A stretch of 64,000 nucleotides of DNA from Candidatus Spongiisociaceae bacterium (GTDB lineage Bacteria > Actinomycetota > Acidimicrobiia > Spongiisociales > Spongiisociaceae), in NCBI GenBank assembly GCA_965262915.1, contig OZ253564.1, forward strand, positions 3,488,001 to 3,552,000, given 5' to 3'. The notes under the pieces were generated by a model. It did not search any database, was not told where the DNA came from, and worked only from the letters and a program-made list of their open reading frames with translations. The position numbers and the translations under genes were made by a program. Every line of letters starts with the position of its first letter. Within the stretch, counting starts at the first letter, position 1. Of this stretch, positions 10,255-19,629 are shown in pieces.

Positions 10255-10893
10255 ATGACCGGTAGGCACGTTGATACTGATCGGCCGAAGCATCTCCGGC
10301 GCGCAGTCCAACTCGAGGGGCTAACCGTTGGCTGGAACGCCGTGGAAGGGATCATCGCCGTGGCTGCAGCGCTGGCCGCGGGCAGCGTCGCTCTCCTGGG
10401 TTTCGGTATCGACAGCTTCGTGGAGACCGTCTCCGGAGCCGTGATCCTGTGGCGCATCGCTGCCGAGCGGCGCGCCACCGACGCGACCCGCGTCGACCAA
10501 GTCGAGGAGGCCGCCCGCCGCGGGGTTGTAATGAGCCTGTGGCTGCTCGCCGTGTACGTGGCTGCAGAGTCGATCCAATCCCTGGTCGTCGGCGACACAC
10601 CCTCCTCCTCGCCGGTCGGCGTGGCACTGCTGGTCGTATCGTTGGCCGTGATGAAGTGGCTGGCCAACGCCAAGCGGACCGTGGCCCGAGCCCTACACAG
10701 CCACGCCATGGAGGCCGACGCCGCCCAGACCGACTTCTGCTGGAAGCTGTCGGCAGTGGCGCTTATCGGATTGGTCGCCAATGCCGTTCTCGGTTGGTGG
10801 TGGGCCGACCCGGTCGCGGCGCTGGGCCTCGCAGCGCTGATCGCCACCGAAGCCCGCCGGACGTGGAAGCTGGGAACAGCCTGCTGCGGATAA
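10255..10893 (+). CDS. Cation diffusion facilitator-like cation transporter (short form)
   Basis: SVALLGFGIDS and WWWADP motifs, 5-6 TM segments, C-terminal ACCG. Confidence 0.8.
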   Translation: MTGRHVDTDRPKHLRRAVQLEGLTVGWNAVEGIIAVAAALAAGSVALLGFGIDSFVETVSGAVILWRIAAERRATDATRVDQVEEAARRGVVMSLWLLAVYVAAESIQSLVVGDTPSSSPVGVALLVVSLAVMKWLANAKRTVARALHSHAMEADAAQTDFCWKLSAVALIGLVANAVLGWWWADPVAALGLAALIATEARRTWKLGTACCG

Positions 10894-11154
10894 GACCTTC
10901 CGAAACCCGGCACGAAGGGGTACAACGCTCTTGCCAGGCCCTTCGCTCGATCAGCCCCCCGGTCGCGCCGCAGCGTCTGGATGGTCAGGGCGACAAGGAG
11001 ACTGGAAGAGTGCGCTCCATGCCAGCAGCGCCCAAGTGGGCCACAGGGACTCGGTGACGGGCTCTTTCGGCAACGGCCACCGACAACGACCGAGGCACCG
11101 GCCGAAAGCGCCGTCTCTGTGGCACCGATCGTGTTTGAGGCCCTCGGTGAGATC

Positions 11155-11240
11155 ATGATCGATGTGCTGAACATCGGTGACGACTCCGTCCTAGGTTTCC
11201 GGCTGGGCATCGTCGCGGACGCCGGGGACGACTGGATGTC
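11155..11240 (+). pseudogene. Possible SpoIIAA-like (STAS/SEC14) gene remnant
   Basis: MIDVLNIGDDSVLGFRL followed at once by IVAD..DW, which resembles two separated segments of that family. Confidence 0.3.
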
Positions 11241-11554
11241 GGAGGAGCCGGTCCCTTCACGCTCCGCTCGGTCGAGCGCACCATCCTGTGCTATACCAGC
11301 CGGGGTGTAACCGAAGACGGCCTCTGCCGCTAGCCGTGGTGCCCAACCATAAACGACAGCGATGGGGCACACGGGGCCGGGGATACCAGCGGTGCGCATC
11401 GGACAGTCAGTAACTGGGCAAGGGTCATGTAGCCATGCCATAGGCGGAGAGGTTGTACCGCAGAACCCGGATCCGCTGGTTAAGACCCTCTAGTAGCGTC
11501 CTTTCCGGGTTTGTGGGGTCGGGCTGTACAGGATCGGGATGAGAGACCCACGGT

Positions 11555-12298
11555 TCAGGGACGACGCGCCCGGATGATGGCGGAGTGGACCCCCTCCGCG
11601 GCCTTGGAGTTCTTTGTCTCCGTCATCTGGTGAGTGGGGACGATCTCCACATCGATCAGACCCGCGGACTCCAAGCCCTGCCTGTATTCGGTGAAGGACG
11701 GCGCCCCGGCGATACAGCCGACCCATGAGCCCCGCTCCTTGCGCTCCTCGGGACTGAGGGCGTCATCGGCGACCACGTCCGTCACCCCTACCCGCCCGCC
11801 GGGACGGAGCACTCGGGCGATCTCCGCGAAGACGGCGTTCTTGTCTTCTGACAGGTTGATCACACAATTGGAGATGACCACATCCACCGAGGCCTCGGGC
11901 AGCGGGATGTCCTCCATGTAGCCCTTGACGAATGCGACGTTGCCCACCGCCGCCTCGGCGGCATTGGCTCGCGCCAACGCCAGCATCTCATCGGTCATGT
12001 CCAAGCCGTAGGCGAATCCGGTCGGACCCACCCGGCGAGCCGACAGCAACACGTCGATCCCTCCGCCCGAGCCGAGGTCCAGCACGGTCTCGCCAGGGCG
12101 CAACTCGGCCACCGCAACCGGATTTCCGCAGCCGAGGGACCCTTCGGCCGCGGCCGCCGGAAGCTCGCCGATCTCGGACGGCTCGTAGAGGGCGGAAGCA
12201 AGCTCGAAGTGCGGCTCGGCCTCGGCCACCCTCGCCGTGGTGGCCCGGGCAGCGTTGGCGTAGCTCTTCCGCACCTGTTCGCGAACGCTTTCGGTCAT
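11555..12298 (-). CDS. arsM: Arsenite S-adenosylmethionine methyltransferase
   Basis: [34 protein letters not shown] and WVGCIAGA motifs; AAGGA RBS before ATG 12298. Confidence 0.88.
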   Translation of the reverse strand: MTESVREQVRKSYANAARATTARVAEAEPHFELASALYEPSEIGELPAAAAEGSLGCGNPVAVAELRPGETVLDLGSGGGIDVLLSARRVGPTGFAYGLDMTDEMLALARANAAEAAVGNVAFVKGYMEDIPLPEASVDVVISNCVINLSEDKNAVFAEIARVLRPGGRVGVTDVVADDALSPEERKERGSWVGCIAGAPSFTEYRQGLESAGLIDVEIVPTHQMTETKNSKAAEGVHSAIIRARRP

Positions 12299-12479
12299 GA
12301 CGGTCCTTCTCTGGCGCCGACCTACAGTACCTGCTTTGACGGCGACATACCGGTACAAGATCCTCCCTCCACCGAATAGCCCAGGTCTCCGACTCGGCCC
12401 GCAAACGATCGGTGGCCCTCACCTCAGCACCGCCGCGCCGGACCACAACAGCAGCGCCCAACCACGGCTTAAGCCACTA

Positions 12480-13309
12480 GGGCGTGTTCACCTAAAGTTA
12501 CACTGATGTGATATCATTACGATATGACAATAACACAAGAACAATACCAACTCATAGTAGACGTGTTCCCGAAACCCCGCGGTACCGTCAAGGTATCCAA
12601 CCTCCAAGCCCTCAACGGTATCCTGTACCTACTCGAGCACGGCTGCAAATGGCGGGCGCTTCCCGAACGGTTCGGGAACTGGCACACCGTTTACATGCGG
12701 ATGAGCCGCTGGGCGGCCAGCGGCGTCTTGGACCGGGTGTTCCAGCGTCTACAGCAGGAACAGCTCATCGACCTCGAAGTTCTGGGCCTGGACAGCACGT
12801 CGGTCAAGGTTCATCCCGACGGCTGTGGTGCTCTCCGAAAGCGGGGTCCCCAGGCCATCGGTCGCTCCCGGGGAGGGTTGAACACCAAGATCCACATGGT
12901 CGCGGCCAGCGCTTGTAGCGCCGTCTTATTCGCTCTTTCCCCAGGTCAGGACCATGATGCTCCCCATGGGCGGGAGCTCCTCAAAAAGATGGGCCCACGA
13001 AAAAAGGAGCAGGAAGGGGAGCAGCTAGAGCTGTTCCTGGTAGCGGACCGCGCCTATGAAGGGGACGAAACACGGCAACTGGCCGTCGCTCTGGGCTACA
13101 CGCCGGTCATCCCACCCCGAAGCAACCGCCGCCACCCGTGGGACTACAACCGTCCGATATACAAGCGACGGAACGAGGTCGAACGGCTCTTCCGACGGCT
13201 CAAAGGCTACCGGCGTGTCTTCACCCGCTACGACAAACTCGACGTGATGTTCCTAGCATTCATCACCCTCGCGCTCATACACGACACGCTCAGAAACGTG
13301 AACACGCCC
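12480..13309 (+). mobile_element. IS5-family insertion sequence (IS427-like), complete
   Basis: 12-bp terminal inverted repeats GGGCGTGTTCAC / GTGAACACGCCC, each flanked by TA; locally lower GC. Confidence 0.92.
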
Positions 13310-13312
13310 TAA
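12524..13312 (+). CDS. IS5-family DDE transposase
   Basis: GCKWRALP, LDSTSVKVH, GRSRGGLNTKIH, ADRAY, YKRRNEVER and TRYDK motifs. Confidence 0.95.
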   Translation: MTITQEQYQLIVDVFPKPRGTVKVSNLQALNGILYLLEHGCKWRALPERFGNWHTVYMRMSRWAASGVLDRVFQRLQQEQLIDLEVLGLDSTSVKVHPDGCGALRKRGPQAIGRSRGGLNTKIHMVAASACSAVLFALSPGQDHDAPHGRELLKKMGPRKKEQEGEQLELFLVADRAYEGDETRQLAVALGYTPVIPPRSNRRHPWDYNRPIYKRRNEVERLFRRLKGYRRVFTRYDKLDVMFLAFITLALIHDTLRNVNTP

Positions 13313-13728
13313 CGAAGGCCGCCCGGCCGATTGTCTCGTAGTATCCGCCGTCTCCCGCGATCGGCATTGCTACCCGATCACAGCTTCCTCGCCGTGCCTG
13401 ACCACGCCGTCGCAAGGGGGTTGAGCCTGTCACATTCCCATTGCATACGGGCAAGTAGCCGTAAACCCCACCGGTCCGCTGAGGTACCGACCGGACCGGG
13501 CAGGAATCATCGACGATGTGGCCGGAGCCGACCCACGGTGGGGGATGGCGGGACGCGTTTGGAATCTCAGGAGGTGGCGGCCGCGGGTGGGCCCGACGGA
13601 TGGATCCGGCCCGACGGTTTTCGCGTTCTCGCTGCGCGCAGGCCCAGCCCCGATTCGATAGGACAAACCGGTCGGCCCACGCCGGCTATGTGACACGGCT
13701 GGCCGACCACACCGCTATCTTCCGGCCA

Positions 13729-14346
13729 ATGGTTACCAAGGACGAACTGGCCGCCGCAGCCGCCGAGGTGTCGGCTGCGGACGGATTCGAGGCGGTGACG
13801 GTGGAGAGGCTGGCCGAAGATCTGCGGGTTCCTGAGCGTGAGGTTTCCGACCACTTCCCTACAGACGAGTTACTCCAGCAGTCGATAGTCTGGGTTGGCG
13901 CCGACGTATTCAAGAAGGCGGTGACCGAACCGGCCGCCGCAGCCCCGGAGGGCATAGAGCGGCTTAGGGCCTTGCTCTCGAACTGGGTCGACTACGCGGA
14001 TAGCGACGCCTACCGGGGTGGATTCGTCGGCGGGGCTGCCGACCTGCCGGGCCACATAAAGGATCTGATCGCCCGGATAGCCCGGTCATGGATAGAGACG
14101 CTGGCGGGACACGCGCGATTGGCGGTGGAACAGGGCGAGTTACCGTCCGGGACCGATCCGTACCAGATCGCCTTCGAGGTTCACGGGCTGGTGCAGGAGG
14201 CCAACTGGACCTTCCGCGTCCTAAGCGACGTGGAAGCCTACAACCGCGCTCGGCGAGGAATCGAGAACCGCCTGGGCAGCCAGACGTCCGACCACCCGGC
14301 GAGGTCATACGTGAATCACGCGGGCTCTGATGCTCAGAGCCGATAG
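13729..14346 (+). CDS. TetR/AcrR-family regulator
   Basis: N-terminal HTH-like segment (GFEAVTVERLA..HFPT) and TetR C-terminal GELPSGTDPYQIAFE. Confidence 0.8.
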   Translation: MVTKDELAAAAAEVSAADGFEAVTVERLAEDLRVPEREVSDHFPTDELLQQSIVWVGADVFKKAVTEPAAAAPEGIERLRALLSNWVDYADSDAYRGGFVGGAADLPGHIKDLIARIARSWIETLAGHARLAVEQGELPSGTDPYQIAFEVHGLVQEANWTFRVLSDVEAYNRARRGIENRLGSQTSDHPARSYVNHAGSDAQSR

Positions 14347-14700
14347 CAGGACGTTCATGTCCCGCGAGTCAGAGGTGAGAAGGGCGACATCAACGTCACG
14401 ATGAGTGGCATCCAACACCGCGACTGCGGTAGAGGCATCGATGACATCGGATGTGCCGGTCCTGCCGCACAGCTGTCCGGAGGCCCGTGCGGCCGACCCG
14501 TCGAGGGTCACCTCGTCGCATCGCTTCAGCGATCGCGACAAGAGAGCCTGCCGGCTCGCGTCCCGCCAAGCCTGACCGATCACCCCGGCGGGAACCCGAA
14601 CAGCTTCGCCGCGCTCGAACGCGGCCTCGATCATCGACAAGACGCGGCGATTGCCGCGATCCACCTGGATCAAGGCCCCGGTGTCGAGAACGAGCGTCAT
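14305..14700 (-). CDS. PIN-domain (VapC) toxin
   Basis: LVLDTGAL, DVIDA and LTSD motifs; ATG overlaps the upstream stop. Confidence 0.85.
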   Translation of the reverse strand: MTLVLDTGALIQVDRGNRRVLSMIEAAFERGEAVRVPAGVIGQAWRDASRQALLSRSLKRCDEVTLDGSAARASGQLCGRTGTSDVIDASTAVAVLDATHRDVDVALLTSDSRDMNVLLSALSIRARVIHV

Positions 14701-15059
14701 GGTCCGTAGAGCAGTTCCCGAGCCCGGGCGCGTTCCTCTTCGGTGAACGCCCCGTTCTCGGCCTGCCACTCATCGAGCAACTCCCTCCAACCCTCCATCG
14801 CCGCACGTTTCTTCTCCGGATTGTTGTGCCAACGGTTCGGATCCCGGTCAGCCGCCTCGTAAACCTCCTCCATAGCTGCCGCTAGATCCGGGTCGGACGG
14901 AACGACCGGACCTTTCACGCGTATCACGTAGAGGCGCTCCGGGGGCTCGGGCAGTTCGACGGGCCCATCGCCGACACTCTCCTGGGGTGTCGTCTCCAGA
15001 CGCTCATCGACCGAACCAATTGCTTGTGCTGTATCCATACAGGCAACGTACCCCATCAC
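14697..15059 (-). CDS. Putative antitoxin of the PIN toxin
   Basis: Coupled to the toxin by ATGA overlap; C-terminal LLDEWQAENGAFTEEERARAR is typical of actinobacterial antitoxins; start uncertain. Confidence 0.65.
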   Translation of the reverse strand: MMGYVACMDTAQAIGSVDERLETTPQESVGDGPVELPEPPERLYVIRVKGPVVPSDPDLAAAMEEVYEAADRDPNRWHNNPEKKRAAMEGWRELLDEWQAENGAFTEEERARARELLYGP

Positions 15060-15140
15060 CTAGCTACGATCAAGACCCTTGACCGGCGCATCGGCCCTTA
15101 GCTCCGAATCGTCGACTCGTCTGCCAATGGTTAGCTACCT

Positions 15141-15182
15141 CTGACACCTGACACCTGACACCTGACACCTGACACCTGACAC
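15141..15182. repeat. Heptamer tandem repeat (CTGACAC)6
   Basis: Six perfect copies just downstream of the DUF885 copy 1 stop codon. Confidence 0.97.
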
Positions 15183-15185
15183 CCG

Positions 15186-16820
15186 TCAGCCGGTCTGATC
15201 GATGGCTTGGATGTCGCTCGGGTCGTCCAGCATCTCCCAGCGGAGCAGCGATATGGGGACGTTGCCGTTGCTCCACAGATAGTCGTGGAACCATCGCAGG
15301 CTGAACTCGTCCCCCAGCTTCTTCTTGGCATCGCCCAGAAGGCGGATTATCTCGAGCTTGCCGACCATGTAGGCCATCGCCAGGCCCGGGTTGGACACGT
15401 ACATCGACGTTTCTTCGAGAGCGGTCTGGGGATCGACCGGGACCAACTCCTCGAACATCTTCATCCCCTCCTCGAGGGTGATGGCTCCGGTGGCCAGACT
15501 CACGTCCACCACCGTCCGCAGGCTGCGGAGTCGCTTGAAGTTCTGGGTCACCAACCTCGACCACGGAGCGTCATCGAACAAGCCGGCCTGGAGCATCAAC
15601 GCCTCGTTGTAGTGGGCCAGACCCTCGTTGATGATCGAGTCGTAGTAGCGGCGCCGTAGCGGGTTGGGATTAGCCCACGATAGGGCCAGCTGCTTGTAGT
15701 GGACTCCTTCGTGCATGATGCCCAACCGGGTGTCCCGGGCGTTGGCCTCGTAGAAATAGGACAGGGGCCGGTTGGGATCCCACACATAGGTGACCGCATC
15801 CTCGTCGAGGCGCCCATCGGAGGTCAGGTCGTTGGCCACCCCCAGCCAGTTGATGGGCTGCAGGTACTCCGGCAAGGGCGCGGTGTGGTAGCGACGGAGC
15901 GAATCGGGCTGGGTGAGAAGATTCTCATTCTCGTAGAACTCCCGCACCTCCTGCTCTGCGCGGGCCTGTGACTCGCATTGCGCCTCGGCTGTCGGGAAGC
16001 GGTCCGGCACCGGCGTATCGCCGTAGCGGTTGCGTTCCACCTCCTCCCAGGCGTAGTTGTAGTAGAGCTCGCGCTCGGCCAGCAGAACCATCTCCTCGGG
16101 CTGGAGGGGAAGCAGCGCCACATTCCGGAGGTACCACATAAAGGTGTCGCGCCCTACCGGCTCCGGTGCCGGCATCCCGGCCTGATGCTCACGTAGCCAC
16201 TCCCGGAACGACACCAGTTGCTCGGTAGCCTCGGCGCCGGCCTTGATGAGAGCACTCCGCCGGGCGACGTCAAAGAACCCGCTCAACTCTCCGACCGACC
16301 TGGGCAGGGCAGACTCGATCTCCCTAAGCAGGCGAATGGCCGACCCGGCCAGAGCCGAGGTACCGGCACGCGCCAGGTTGTCCAGCGCGATCTGCAACTG
16401 GGGACCCACCATATTGAGCTTGTGGATGATGCCGTCCTGCCGATCCGTGTCGAACGGCGGTGGCCGAAGTAGCGAGTCGAAATAGGTACCGAGCGCCTGA
16501 TGTACCTGCATGACCGCATCCCGCTCCCAGGAACGCAGAACCCTGGTCTCCCATTCCACACGGGAGATTGCTGAGCCGATCAGCCGGTGGTCAACCTGGA
16601 TCGGAACCGCTTCGCCCGAGACGTCGAGATCCTCCCATCGCTGCCGAAAGTCAGCGACCCGCTCCAGGCGTCGGCGAGCCGAGTCCTCGTCGAACTGAGG
16701 GACCCAGTCGGGCATCAACTCGAGGCGCGGTATATCGTCGGGACTGCGGTAGCCGTTGATGACCCTCCAGTCCCAGAACTCGACCCCCAGGTCCTGCACT
16801 TTCCGGTTCAAATCATCCAT
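15186..16820 (-). CDS. DUF885-like putative metallopeptidase, paralog 1
   Basis: HEGVH, NEGLAHYNE, VVDVSL, AYMVGKLEI and FHD motifs; no signal peptide seen. Confidence 0.8.
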   Translation of the reverse strand: MDDLNRKVQDLGVEFWDWRVINGYRSPDDIPRLELMPDWVPQFDEDSARRRLERVADFRQRWEDLDVSGEAVPIQVDHRLIGSAISRVEWETRVLRSWERDAVMQVHQALGTYFDSLLRPPPFDTDRQDGIIHKLNMVGPQLQIALDNLARAGTSALAGSAIRLLREIESALPRSVGELSGFFDVARRSALIKAGAEATEQLVSFREWLREHQAGMPAPEPVGRDTFMWYLRNVALLPLQPEEMVLLAERELYYNYAWEEVERNRYGDTPVPDRFPTAEAQCESQARAEQEVREFYENENLLTQPDSLRRYHTAPLPEYLQPINWLGVANDLTSDGRLDEDAVTYVWDPNRPLSYFYEANARDTRLGIMHEGVHYKQLALSWANPNPLRRRYYDSIINEGLAHYNEALMLQAGLFDDAPWSRLVTQNFKRLRSLRTVVDVSLATGAITLEEGMKMFEELVPVDPQTALEETSMYVSNPGLAMAYMVGKLEIIRLLGDAKKKLGDEFSLRWFHDYLWSNGNVPISLLRWEMLDDPSDIQAIDQTG

Positions 16821-16834
16821 GTGGAATCCTCTCG

Positions 16835-17254
16835 CTAGTCCGACCACGGATTGACAACACCGATACCGCATCCCTCGAAACCACCGGTATCCCGCGTGGC
16901 CACCGAGGCGCCTACCGAACGCGCGATCGCAGCTATCTGGCAGTCAGCCCGGCTGATGGGACGGCCCGCAGCGCGTCGTGCGGCGGCTATCAGAGCGTAT
17001 GCGCGGGCGGCATCACTGTCGAAGGGGAGGATACGCCCTGCAAAGTCCTCTCTCAGAAGCCCTTCAACCGCATCCCGGAGCTTCATCCGCCGAGACCCTT
17101 CCGGCAGGACTTCAACCCCATACCTCAACTCGGCTTCGGTGATGCTCGACAGATAGAGCCGGAAGGCCGCCCGTCTGCCAACCCAATCAACCACTCGGGC
17201 TGCAGGATGCGGGCGCATCAACTCCGAAACGACGTTGGTATCCAGGACGATCAT
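16835..17254 (-). CDS. vapC: VapC/FitB-like PIN toxin
   Basis: MIVLDTNVVSELMRP, ADCQIAAIAR, VATRD and VNPW motifs. Confidence 0.93.
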   Translation of the reverse strand: MIVLDTNVVSELMRPHPAARVVDWVGRRAAFRLYLSSITEAELRYGVEVLPEGSRRMKLRDAVEGLLREDFAGRILPFDSDAARAYALIAAARRAAGRPISRADCQIAAIARSVGASVATRDTGGFEGCGIGVVNPWSD

Positions 17255-17508
17255 CGACCGCCATCGTCGAAGTCGGGTGGCTCCCTCATGGGTTCGCGCG
17301 GAGGCAGTTCCAACTCGACACCACCCAGGGGCGCAAACCGGCTCCGGATGGCCCGAACGAGATCCTTGCCGCTTGATGGCTCCGCGTGAAGCGCTGCTCT
17401 CAGGATGTCCCTAGCCTCCTGCTCCATAGATTTGCCGTTCTCGGCTGCCCGGATGCGCAGCCGACGTTTCAGTCCTTCTTCCAGGTTCCGCACTGTGATG
17501 CTTGCCAT
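17251..17508 (-). CDS. FitA-like ribbon-helix-helix antitoxin
   Basis: MASITVRNL..LRIRAAENGKSMEQEARDIL; ATGA-coupled to vapC. Confidence 0.92.
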   Translation of the reverse strand: MASITVRNLEEGLKRRLRIRAAENGKSMEQEARDILRAALHAEPSSGKDLVRAIRSRFAPLGGVELELPPREPMREPPDFDDGGR

Positions 17509-17545
17509 GACCCGCTCCTGCCTGCAACTACACAGGACTTAGCCG

Positions 17546-17562
17546 TGATTGCATTGCAATCA
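17546..17562. promoter_or_regulatory. Palindromic operator, probable antitoxin autoregulation site
   Basis: Perfect TGATTGCA-T-TGCAATCA about 40 bp upstream of the antitoxin ATG. Confidence 0.65.
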
Positions 17563-17668
17563 TAGTCGACTGTGGTCAATCGGTTTGAGGCTGGACAGAA
17601 ACGAGGAGAATCAGTGTGGTAGGAGGGAGATCCGTTCATGGACCCCGCTGTCGGGTCCGGTAAACGGG

Positions 17669-19318
17669 TCAGATGACCATCTCGAGGCGGCGGTCCCGTT
17701 CACGATCGGCGTGAGCACGCTCGGCCGGGTCACCCCAGCCACCGCCCCCGCCGGTCTTGACCAGGAGCCGCGTTCCGGCCTCGACCTTGAGATTGTTGGC
17801 CTTGAGCATACGGGTTGGAGCCTGCCCTGGCCGGTGCACCCATACCTCGGGCGGTGCGCCGTCCTCACCGCCGAAGAGACCCCACGACGGCTGCTTCGAC
17901 CTCTCGAACCATAGATTGACGGTGCAGGGAGCGAGGAGTTCGTACTCTCGGATGATCCCGAGCCCACCGCGCCACTGGCCGTCGCCTCCGGATCCGTCCC
18001 GCAGGGTGTGGCGGTGCATCATCAACGGATACCGATTTTCCATCGTCTCGATCGGAAAGTTCTTGAAATCGCCTGCGGCCGAGTGGATTAGGGCGGACTC
18101 ACCGTCCCCTCCCTCGTAGGCGCCCCAACCACCGGTCAGCGATTCCCCGGACAGGAACAGACCGAACTCGTTCTCGCCAACAATGCTGACATTCCACGAA
18201 TCCCCTACATGGCCCGCGGCGGCCCGCTCGGGAATCGCCTCGCTCAAAGCCTTGATCATGAGATCGAGCGCCAGCATCAGATGGGGCCCGTAGTGGAGGC
18301 ACGGCGCGGTCGCCTTCGGGTTGAAGCAGGTGCCCTCGGGAGCGATAACCCGCAGGTTGCGGAAGTTGCCACCCGATACAGGCGCTCGGGGGTTGACGAG
18401 GAACTTGAAACCCTGCTCGATAGCCGAGCGGGTCTGCACCACCCCACTGTTGATGCTGCCCACACACTGCTTGTTGGAGCCTGTCAGGTCGACGGTCATG
18501 CTGTCGCCCGACACGGTGAGCGTGACCTTTACGTAGACGGGTTCCTCGGTGACACCATCGTTGTCGAGATAACCGTCCGCTACGTAGATTCCATCCGGGA
18601 TCTGCGCCACCGAAGCACGGTCCTCGACCTCTGCCTGGTCGAACACCATCTGGACGGAGGTCTCGACCTGATCCCACCCGAAACGATGCACTATCGAGCG
18701 GAACCTCTCCACCCCGGTCCGGCAGGCACTGATCTCGGCCATCAGGTCACCGACCAGCGCGGTAGGAAACCGGGAGTTCAGTGCGATCAGGTCCACGATC
18801 TGCTGGTCAAGGCGGCCGTCCCGGAAGATACATGTGGGTCCTATCCGCAGACCCTCCTGGAAGATGTCGACGGTGTCCCCCACATAGCCGGCCCGAATTG
18901 CGCCTATATCGCTCCAGTGGGCCTTCGCCGCCGCGAAACCCCGGAGTGCACCGTCGACGAAGACAGGAGCGAAGACCGTAACGTCGTTCAGGTGGCTACC
19001 GGCGATGGTCGAGTCGTTGACTATCCAGATATCCCCTTCCCGGAAAGCCTCGTATCCCTTAATCCCGATCACGGCTCGAAGCGTCCCACCCAGGCTCCCC
19101 AGAAAGAAAGGAAGGCCGGGCGCTTGGCCGAGCAGGCGACCCTGCGAGTCGAATATCCCCACCGAACAGTCCTTCATCTCGTAGATGACCGGGCTATGAG
19201 CACTCCGATACAGGTTTCTCCGCATCTGCTCCGCCCCGGAGATGAACGCGTTCCGCACCACCTCGACCGTCGCCGGCGACGGCACAGACAGGTCCGGTGT
19301 TCTGATTGCAGGACTCAT
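17669..19318 (-). CDS. Hydantoinase B/oxoprolinase family subunit, paralog 1
   Basis: RSAHSP, GSHLND, AHWSD, QEGL, GDGQWRGGLG and TGGGGGWGDP motifs. Confidence 0.92.
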   Translation of the reverse strand: MSPAIRTPDLSVPSPATVEVVRNAFISGAEQMRRNLYRSAHSPVIYEMKDCSVGIFDSQGRLLGQAPGLPFFLGSLGGTLRAVIGIKGYEAFREGDIWIVNDSTIAGSHLNDVTVFAPVFVDGALRGFAAAKAHWSDIGAIRAGYVGDTVDIFQEGLRIGPTCIFRDGRLDQQIVDLIALNSRFPTALVGDLMAEISACRTGVERFRSIVHRFGWDQVETSVQMVFDQAEVEDRASVAQIPDGIYVADGYLDNDGVTEEPVYVKVTLTVSGDSMTVDLTGSNKQCVGSINSGVVQTRSAIEQGFKFLVNPRAPVSGGNFRNLRVIAPEGTCFNPKATAPCLHYGPHLMLALDLMIKALSEAIPERAAAGHVGDSWNVSIVGENEFGLFLSGESLTGGWGAYEGGDGESALIHSAAGDFKNFPIETMENRYPLMMHRHTLRDGSGGDGQWRGGLGIIREYELLAPCTVNLWFERSKQPSWGLFGGEDGAPPEVWVHRPGQAPTRMLKANNLKVEAGTRLLVKTGGGGGWGDPAERAHADRERDRRLEMVI

Positions 19319-19320
19319 TG

Positions 19321-19605
19321 TCAGCTACTTCCCCTCCATCCATCACCAGAAGGCCCTGAGCACCTACTAATAATTCCCAGCCGAGGCAACACCGTGGTGG
19401 TCGACGATACGATTACGATCCCCGGACCCACCAGCGGACCTTCGAGCCGGTTCCGGCCGGCGAATCGGGACCTCCAGGGCCAGGCCAAGGAACACCACCT
19501 CCGTTCGTCCACCGGGAGAACCGAATCCGGCCTAACCAGGGGAATGGGCTTTCGGTATTGGAGGTCGCACATCTCGCCCCTGGTGGCTAGCGGTGGGTCC
19601 ACCAA
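19321..19605 (-). pseudogene. Internally deleted hydantoinase A remnant
   Basis: CDLQYRKPIPLVRPDSVLPVDER matches YDLKYRKPAPLTERDSIFEVDER, and RNRLEGPLVGPGIV..TTTVLP matches RNQLAGRLVGPAIV..TTVVP, both from the intact gene at 21276-23282. Confidence 0.8.
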
Positions 19606-19629
19606 CGTACAATCGCAGCTATCCGACAG

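Noticed and set aside
15141-15182. CRISPR array (also considered for 54500-54582 and 33110-33298)
   Set aside because: These are contiguous short tandem units or a coding repeat with no unique spacers, and no cas genes are present.
15070-15564. ORFs encoding VRCQVSG or CPLSVVR repeats (also 54482-54749)
   Set aside because: They are translations of non-coding heptamer arrays overlapping real genes.
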